Origin: Candidatus Obscuribacterales bacterium
Lineage (GTDB): Bacteria > Cyanobacteriota > Vampirovibrionia > Obscuribacterales > Obscuribacteraceae
DNA length: 64,000 nucleotides
Reading direction: 5' to 3'
Assembly (NCBI GenBank): GCA_965228855.1
Contig: CBDDIJ010000002.1
Location: 1,152,001-1,216,000 of the forward strand
Shown: piece after piece, positions 58,787 through 64,000 of the stretch
Numbering within the stretch: the first letter of the stretch is position 1
How the letters are laid out: every line of letters begins with the position of its first letter
The notes under the pieces: generated by a model
What the model was told of the DNA's origin: nothing
Seen by the model: only the letters and a program-made list of their open reading frames with translations
Database searches by the model: none
Translations under genes and position numbers: made by a program

Positions 58787-58961
58787 GTGTCTACGAGAGA
58801 ATGACGGAATTCTCAAAAAGTGGCAATGCCTCATAGACACGAGACACCTGTGCAGAGCTTCAAACACCGTATTCGCCCTATGCACCAGGGTTTTGCGTTT
58901 GCTGCGTTATGAAGGCATATAGTAGAGGTTTTTTATATGGTAGGGGGTTTTTTCTGGGGGG

Positions 58962-60026
58962 TTAGGGGCGGAGGAAGTGGCGCAGGTGGTCGACTTCTTC
59001 GTTGAATGCGGTTTTGAAGGCTCTGTCTTTGGGTTTCGAGCGGACGAAACCTGTTTCAATTTCGAATGTTCCTGATTGGGTTGAGACATTTGCCCAGCCG
59101 ATTATGTCGTCTTGCCAGAGCAGTGGCATCGCATAATAGCCCATCTTTCGCTTCGGCGGCGGGGTGTAGGCTTCAAAGCGGTACGACCAATTCCACAGAT
59201 GTTCGAAACGTTTGCGATCCCACACAAGCGGATCGAACGGAGCCAATATTCGCACCGTCTGTGGTGCGGTGCCGGCACCCATCACATCCGACGGCCAGAC
59301 ATAGCTGATGCCGTCTATTTGGGCTTGAACTAGCGCACCGTTTGCGATCAGTTCCTTTACGATTGTTTGCCGTCCAGTTAGAGTCGGAGCGGAAAATCGC
59401 AAGTGAGTTATCGCTGCCCGCAGGCTCGATTCCGGCAAGGGACTCAGAATCTTTGTAATAAGCAGCACAAGTCTTTGGAGTCTCACCTCAGGGGTCAGCG
59501 ACTGTTCGATCTTGCTTGCCGGTCCGTAAACTTTAATGCCCTCTTCGCGGCGTGTGATTCTGAGCAGACCTCGGTAATGCAATTCTTCCAGTATGCGAGT
59601 GGAAACTTTTGAATATCCACCCCATGCATTTATCTCGCGTGCTTCACCGAGATGTGGTTTCAGATCCCTGGGATGCAGTTCACCGGCTTCAAGAGCCAGG
59701 TTTAAAACTACTTGCTCCTGTTTCGACATTCTTGCTTCGTGACGTGGATGAAGCAGTGTCCAGTTCTGCCTTGATAAAAAACCATAGGCATAGAGTAAAT
59801 CTTCTTCGATATCAAGCTTGGAGTAGCGCTTTTCAAGGTCGCCTGCACGGTAGTTTTTGACACGATGACGCAGAATCAAATCCTGGGCACGAGCGGGAGA
59901 CCTAATGGGATCGGCTTGCACGAAGCCCATGGTATCAATGGCCGACTGTAGTGAAACGGGCTTGAATAGCGAATTGCCAATCGCCATTGCTCGAAGGTCT
60001 TTTGTGCTCGCAGGCGGTTTTGACAT
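58962..60026 (-). CDS. YcaQ/AlkZ-like (HTH_42) DNA glycosylase
   Basis: VQADPI (QxD), ARAQDLIL.HR, ILAPFDPLVWDR, YRFEAYTP..KRKMGYY. Confidence 0.85.
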   Translation of the reverse strand: MSKPPASTKDLRAMAIGNSLFKPVSLQSAIDTMGFVQADPIRSPARAQDLILRHRVKNYRAGDLEKRYSKLDIEEDLLYAYGFLSRQNWTLLHPRHEARMSKQEQVVLNLALEAGELHPRDLKPHLGEAREINAWGGYSKVSTRILEELHYRGLLRITRREEGIKVYGPASKIEQSLTPEVRLQRLVLLITKILSPLPESSLRAAITHLRFSAPTLTGRQTIVKELIANGALVQAQIDGISYVWPSDVMGAGTAPQTVRILAPFDPLVWDRKRFEHLWNWSYRFEAYTPPPKRKMGYYAMPLLWQDDIIGWANVSTQSGTFEIETGFVRSKPKDRAFKTAFNEEVDHLRHFLRP

Positions 60027-60055
60027 ATTCAACTGCGTGTTGGTGAGCAGAAAAC

Positions 60056-60883
60056 TTATTTTGAAGTTTGGCTGGCTGCGGCTTCACTGCCTGCGGCGCG
60101 TCGGAATTTGACTCGGTCCAGCCCGTACGTTTTCGTGCTTTCTTGTAGTTTCGAATCAACGGCAATTCGATCATCGAAGACGAAACATTCGCCGTTGTAA
60201 TGCGCGCCGCCCACTTCTTCGAAGTACCGCAGAATGCCGCCGTCAAGCTGGTAGACGTTCTTCAATCCCAGGTCCTGCATGTAGATTGCCGCCTTCTCGC
60301 AGCGAATGCCACCAGTGCAAAAGGAAACAAACGTCTTGTCCTGCTTGTCACCGAATGCGGTGCTAACCTTATCGGGGAATTCGCTGAATTTCTGAATTCT
60401 GAATTCAACTGCACCTGCGAATGTTCCGATATCGACTTCGAAGTCGTTGCGCGTATCGAGCATGATGATTTCGCGACCGTCGTCATCGTGACCTTGATCG
60501 AGCCACTTCTTTAACGTTTTCGGTTCGACGAACGGCGCGCGTTTTTCCTCTGGTTTAATAAGCGGATGACGCATAGTGATAATTTCTTTGGCAACGCGAA
60601 CAACCATGCGTTTGAACGGCTGGCCATCGCAGATGCTTTCCTTTATAACTATGTCTGCGAAGCGACCATCAAACAGCGCGTCATCTCGCAAATAGTTCAA
60701 AAACTCATCAATTTGTTCTCGGGAACCCGCCAGAAAAAGATTTATCCCTTCTTCGGCGAATATGATCGTTCCCTTCAGTTTCAATTCGTTGCAACGAGCG
60801 TTAACCGGCTCGATCCAGTCTGCCGGGCGGGGGATGCCAACGAATTTATATGCTGCGATGTTTATGCATTCCATGCGGCACAT
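60056..60883 (-). CDS. trhO: UPF0176 rhodanese-domain protein (TrhO-like tRNA uridine hydroxylase)
   Basis: [53 protein letters not shown]. Confidence 0.85.
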   Translation of the reverse strand: MCRMECINIAAYKFVGIPRPADWIEPVNARCNELKLKGTIIFAEEGINLFLAGSREQIDEFLNYLRDDALFDGRFADIVIKESICDGQPFKRMVVRVAKEIITMRHPLIKPEEKRAPFVEPKTLKKWLDQGHDDDGREIIMLDTRNDFEVDIGTFAGAVEFRIQKFSEFPDKVSTAFGDKQDKTFVSFCTGGIRCEKAAIYMQDLGLKNVYQLDGGILRYFEEVGGAHYNGECFVFDDRIAVDSKLQESTKTYGLDRVKFRRAAGSEAAASQTSK

Positions 60884-60975
60884 TATATATCCACGGCGGC
60901 GCTATCTCAATGTTCGTCCGAGTTTCGGCTTGAAGATCGAATGGAGACCGGTGTCAAAAGTAAAGCGTGAAGCGG

Positions 60976-61025
60976 TTTTTGCAAAATCTTTATACCGATT
61001 ACAGCTTTCTTTACGATGCCTATAC
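60976..61025 (+). promoter_or_regulatory. Candidate KdpE-type binding region upstream of kdp operon
   Basis: T-rich direct repeats TTTGCA / TTTATAC / TTTAC in expected position. Confidence 0.4.
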
Positions 61026-61060
61026 AGCTGAGGCGATTCAATAGCTAATCGGAGGTCCTC

Positions 61061-61153
61061 ATGCACGACTTGGCTGCGCTACTTGTTTTAACTCTTCTAG
61101 TCGCTTCAGCGTTCGTTCTTCTGCGCCTCTGTGAGAAGTTGTTCACTTCCTAG
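61061..61153 (+). CDS. 30-aa hydrophobic peptide upstream of kdpF
   Basis: MHDLAALLVLTLLVASAFVLLRLCEKLFTS; SD GGAGG 5 nt upstream of ATG. Confidence 0.7.
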   Translation: MHDLAALLVLTLLVASAFVLLRLCEKLFTS

Positions 61154-61168
61154 CTGAGGTCGCAAACC

Positions 61169-61261
61169 ATGTCGCTGGTGATGAGCCTGGCTGCTGTTAC
61201 GGCGGCGGTCCTGATGATTTATTTATTGGTTGCCCTTTTGAAACCAGAGATTTTCGCATGA
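61169..61261 (+). CDS. kdpF: K+-transporting ATPase subunit F
   Basis: [30 protein letters not shown] with YL..AL..PE.F signature; ATGA overlap with kdpA. Confidence 0.9.
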   Translation: MSLVMSLAAVTAAVLMIYLLVALLKPEIFA

Positions 61262-63024
61262 CTGGAGACGGTATCTTTCAGTTGCTTTTGTACCTTGTAG
61301 TGCTAAACCTTCTGGCACTGCCGCTCGGGCGCTATATGGCGCGAGTATTTTCCGACGAGCCAACCTGGTTGTCTCCGCTGCTTGTGCCGGTGGAGGGGCT
61401 GATCTACAAGATTTGCCGAATCAATCACACTCAAGACATGGGCTGGAAGCTCTATGCTGCTTCAATGCTCACATTCAATGGTCTTGGACTATTCGCGGTC
61501 TACTTGATTCAGAGAATGCAGAACGTTTTGCCTTTGAATCCGCAAAATCTAGGAGCCGTCTCGCCAGATAGTTCCTTGAACACTGCCATTAGTTTTGTCA
61601 GTAACACAAACTGGCAGGGTTACGGCGGTGAAGTGACGATGTCTTACTTTACCCAGATGATTGGTTTAAACGTTCAGAACTTCGTTTCTGCTGCTACAGG
61701 AATTGCTTGTTTAATCGCCCTCGTGCGAGGTCTGGTCCGGCAGGAAAGTCTGGGGATCGGCAACTTCTGGAGCGATATGGTCAGGGCTACTCTGTACGTT
61801 CTCCTGCCGTTGTCTTTGTTGGTAAGTATTTTGCTCTCGTCTCAAGGCGTCGTACAAACATTTCAGCCTTATGCCTCTTATCGTACGGTTGAGGAAGTCA
61901 AATCCACGAAGCCTTCCAGCGAGCCCCATCTTATAGCGCTAGGTCCGGCTGCATCGCAGATTGCGATCAAACAACTGGGCACCAATGGCGGTGGCTTCTT
62001 CAATGTCAATTCGAGCCATCCTCTCGAGAATCCTAATCCGCTTACTAACTTCGTGGAGTGCATAAGCATTTTGCTTATCTCTGCCGCACTCTGCCATACG
62101 TTCGGAAAGATGGTTAACGATTCACGGCAGGGGTGGGCGGTACTAGCCGCGATGTCGGTGATATTTCTTGCAAGTCTTGCCATCTGTTTTACTTCCGAAA
62201 GTTCTCTGAGTCCGGCACTCTCTGCTCTGGGAGTTGATGCGACTTCGTCTACCATGCAGCCGGGCGGCAACATGGAAGGCAAAGAGACTCGGTTTGGAAT
62301 TGCCAACTCCGCTTTGTGGGCGACGGCTACTACAGCGGCTTCAAACGGTTCCGTCAATTCAATGCATGATTCATACAATCCTATCGGTGGTCTTGTTCCC
62401 ATGCTTCTCATGCAACTGGGCGAGGTCATTTATGGCGGCGTCGGTTCCGGCTTATACGGCATGCTTGTGTTTGCAATCATTACGGTGTTCATAGCCGGTT
62501 TGATGGTGGGCAGAACGCCGGAATATCTAGGCAAGAAGATCGAGGCGTTCGAAGTAAAAATGAGTTCGCTTGTGATTTTGTTTCCACCGGCGGTAGTTCT
62601 CATTGGAACTGCCATAGCGGTTTCGCTTGAGGTCGGCAGAAGCAGTGTTTTAAACTCAGGACCGCACGGTTTCAGCGAGATTCTGTATGCATTCTCCTCA
62701 GCGGGAAATAACAATGGGAGCGCATTTGCAGGATTAAACGCCAACACTCCTTTCTACAACTACGCCCTTGGTATCGCCATGTTCATCGCTCGATATTGGC
62801 TAGTGGTGCCTGTGATCGCGATTGCCGGTTCGCTCGCCCGAAAGAAGAGGTCGCCGGAAAGTTTAGGCACTATGCCGACCCACAATGCTCTGTTTGTCTC
62901 GCTCCTCACCGGCGTCGTTCTGATTTTTGGAGCCCTTACATTTGTTCCTTCGCTGGCTCTGGGCCCGATCGTGGAGCATTTGATGATGGTGTCCGACCTG
63001 TCCCAAGGAGTATCAGCAAAATGA
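61258..63024 (+). CDS. kdpA: K+-transporting ATPase subunit A
   Basis: [51 protein letters not shown]. Confidence 0.98.
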   Translation: MTGDGIFQLLLYLVVLNLLALPLGRYMARVFSDEPTWLSPLLVPVEGLIYKICRINHTQDMGWKLYAASMLTFNGLGLFAVYLIQRMQNVLPLNPQNLGAVSPDSSLNTAISFVSNTNWQGYGGEVTMSYFTQMIGLNVQNFVSAATGIACLIALVRGLVRQESLGIGNFWSDMVRATLYVLLPLSLLVSILLSSQGVVQTFQPYASYRTVEEVKSTKPSSEPHLIALGPAASQIAIKQLGTNGGGFFNVNSSHPLENPNPLTNFVECISILLISAALCHTFGKMVNDSRQGWAVLAAMSVIFLASLAICFTSESSLSPALSALGVDATSSTMQPGGNMEGKETRFGIANSALWATATTAASNGSVNSMHDSYNPIGGLVPMLLMQLGEVIYGGVGSGLYGMLVFAIITVFIAGLMVGRTPEYLGKKIEAFEVKMSSLVILFPPAVVLIGTAIAVSLEVGRSSVLNSGPHGFSEILYAFSSAGNNNGSAFAGLNANTPFYNYALGIAMFIARYWLVVPVIAIAGSLARKKRSPESLGTMPTHNALFVSLLTGVVLIFGALTFVPSLALGPIVEHLMMVSDLSQGVSAK

Positions 63025-64000
63025 GTGTCAAGGCGCGCCCTCTCTTCGACCCCCCATTAGTCAGGCAAGCTCTGTTTGACTCAGTTCGAAAACTCGATCC
63101 GAGAATTCAGATTCGCAATCCCGTCATGTTCGTAGTCGAGCTGGGCAGTGTATTTACACTATTGCTCTACGTTTTGAGCCTGGGAGGACAATCCGATGAG
63201 CCCAGCGGCTTCATATTGTCGATTTCGATCTGGCTATGGTTCACTGTCATCTTCGCCAACTTCTCCGAGGCTATGGCTGAGGGGCGCGGTAAAGCTCAGG
63301 CTCAGTCGCTGAAGCACGCGCGGCAAGAAGTTACTGCAAAGAAGATGTCCGAGGCGAAGTACGGTGCTAACTTCGAACTCACTCCGGGCGGTAGCTTGCG
63401 AAAAGGAGACGTTGTTCTGGTTGAGGCCGGCGACATTGTGCCATGCGATGGTGAGGTGGTCGAAGGCGTCGCGTCTGTGGACGAAAGCGCGATTACCGGA
63501 GAGAGCGCTCCTGTGATCCGCGAAAGCGGCGGCGACAGAAGTGCCGTCACGGGCGGTACCAAGGTGCTTTCCGATTGGCTCGTTGTTCGAATCTCGGCAG
63601 ATCCCGGTGAAACCTTCCTGGACCGCATGATTCAAATGGTTGAAGGTGCAAAACGTCAGAAGACGCCTAATGAAATTGCCCTCAACATTTTGCTTGCCGC
63701 GCTGACCCTGGTGTTTCTCCTCGTGACAGTGACCCTTTATCCATATTCCGCGTACAGTGTTGCTGCAGCAGGTAAAGGCACCGTTATCAGTATCACTGTA
63801 TTAATCGCGCTCCTAGTTTGCCTCATTCCGACCACTATCGGTGGTTTGCTTTCTGCTATCGGAATTGCCGGTATGGACCGGCTGATTAAAGCCAACGTTA
63901 TTGCCATGTCCGGTCGTGCTGTCGAGGCGGCAGGAGATGTTGACGTCTTGCTTCTGGACAAGACCGGGACAATCACGCTGGGTAACCGGCAGGCTACTGA
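63021..64000 (+). CDS. kdpB: K+-transporting ATPase subunit B (runs off window end)
   Basis: [45 protein letters not shown] phosphorylation motif. Confidence 0.97.
   Translation, partial: MSVKARPLFDPPLVRQALFDSVRKLDPRIQIRNPVMFVVELGSVFTLLLYVLSLGGQSDEPSGFILSISIWLWFTVIFANFSEAMAEGRGKAQAQSLKHARQEVTAKKMSEAKYGANFELTPGGSLRKGDVVLVEAGDIVPCDGEVVEGVASVDESAITGESAPVIRESGGDRSAVTGGTKVLSDWLVVRISADPGETFLDRMIQMVEGAKRQKTPNEIALNILLAALTLVFLLVTVTLYPYSAYSVAAAGKGTVISITVLIALLVCLIPTTIGGLLSAIGIAGMDRLIKANVIAMSGRAVEAAGDVDVLLLDKTGTITLGNRQAT

Noticed and set aside
58920..58975. G-run/T-run tract suggesting a G-quadruplex
   Set aside because: Only three runs of three or more G; may be low-complexity or low-quality sequence
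1..64000. CRISPR arrays, tRNA/rRNA genes, IS elements
   Set aside because: No regularly spaced direct repeats, cloverleaf signatures, rRNA-like tracts or transposase ORFs seen by eye; a covariance-model scan would be needed to be certain

Overview
Gene-dense bacterial chromosomal window with no rRNA, tRNA, CRISPR array, integrase or transposase that I can recognise. The mix of Hanks-type Ser/Thr kinases, kinesin-light-chain-like TPR proteins, multi-MshEN-motif proteins and giant Gly/Asn/Thr-rich secreted proteins suggests a non-photosynthetic cyanobacterial relative (Vampirovibrionia/Melainabacteria, Obscuribacterales-like). That taxonomy is inference only. Recognisable content: xdhC, an orphan HVO_A0114-type HTH gene, MarR/DUF1398, a DUF1778-GNAT toxin-antitoxin pair, two two-component systems, two paralogous haemagglutinin-like exoproteins (1026 and 2769 aa), a kynurenine-pathway cluster (nbaC-kynU-kmo), an S9 peptidase, a molybdopterin operon (moaD-E-A-C/mog-moeA) flanked by two multi-MshEN proteins, a divergent pair of GT-C-like membrane glycosyltransferases, a P-loop kinase/methyltransferase fusion, SDR/MmyB, ycaQ-like, trhO-like, and the start of the kdp operon with two unannotated 30-aa peptides. 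The best candidate for an undescribed system is a two-gene family 1 encapsulin operon (45170-46615). Its cargo is a divergent, internally duplicated H..HxxxE..H..HxxxE helical metalloprotein with a His/Gly-rich linker and a variant loading peptide (WTVGPLW). Several structured intergenic leaders also deserve checking. All family assignments come from motif recognition by eye; no searches were run.
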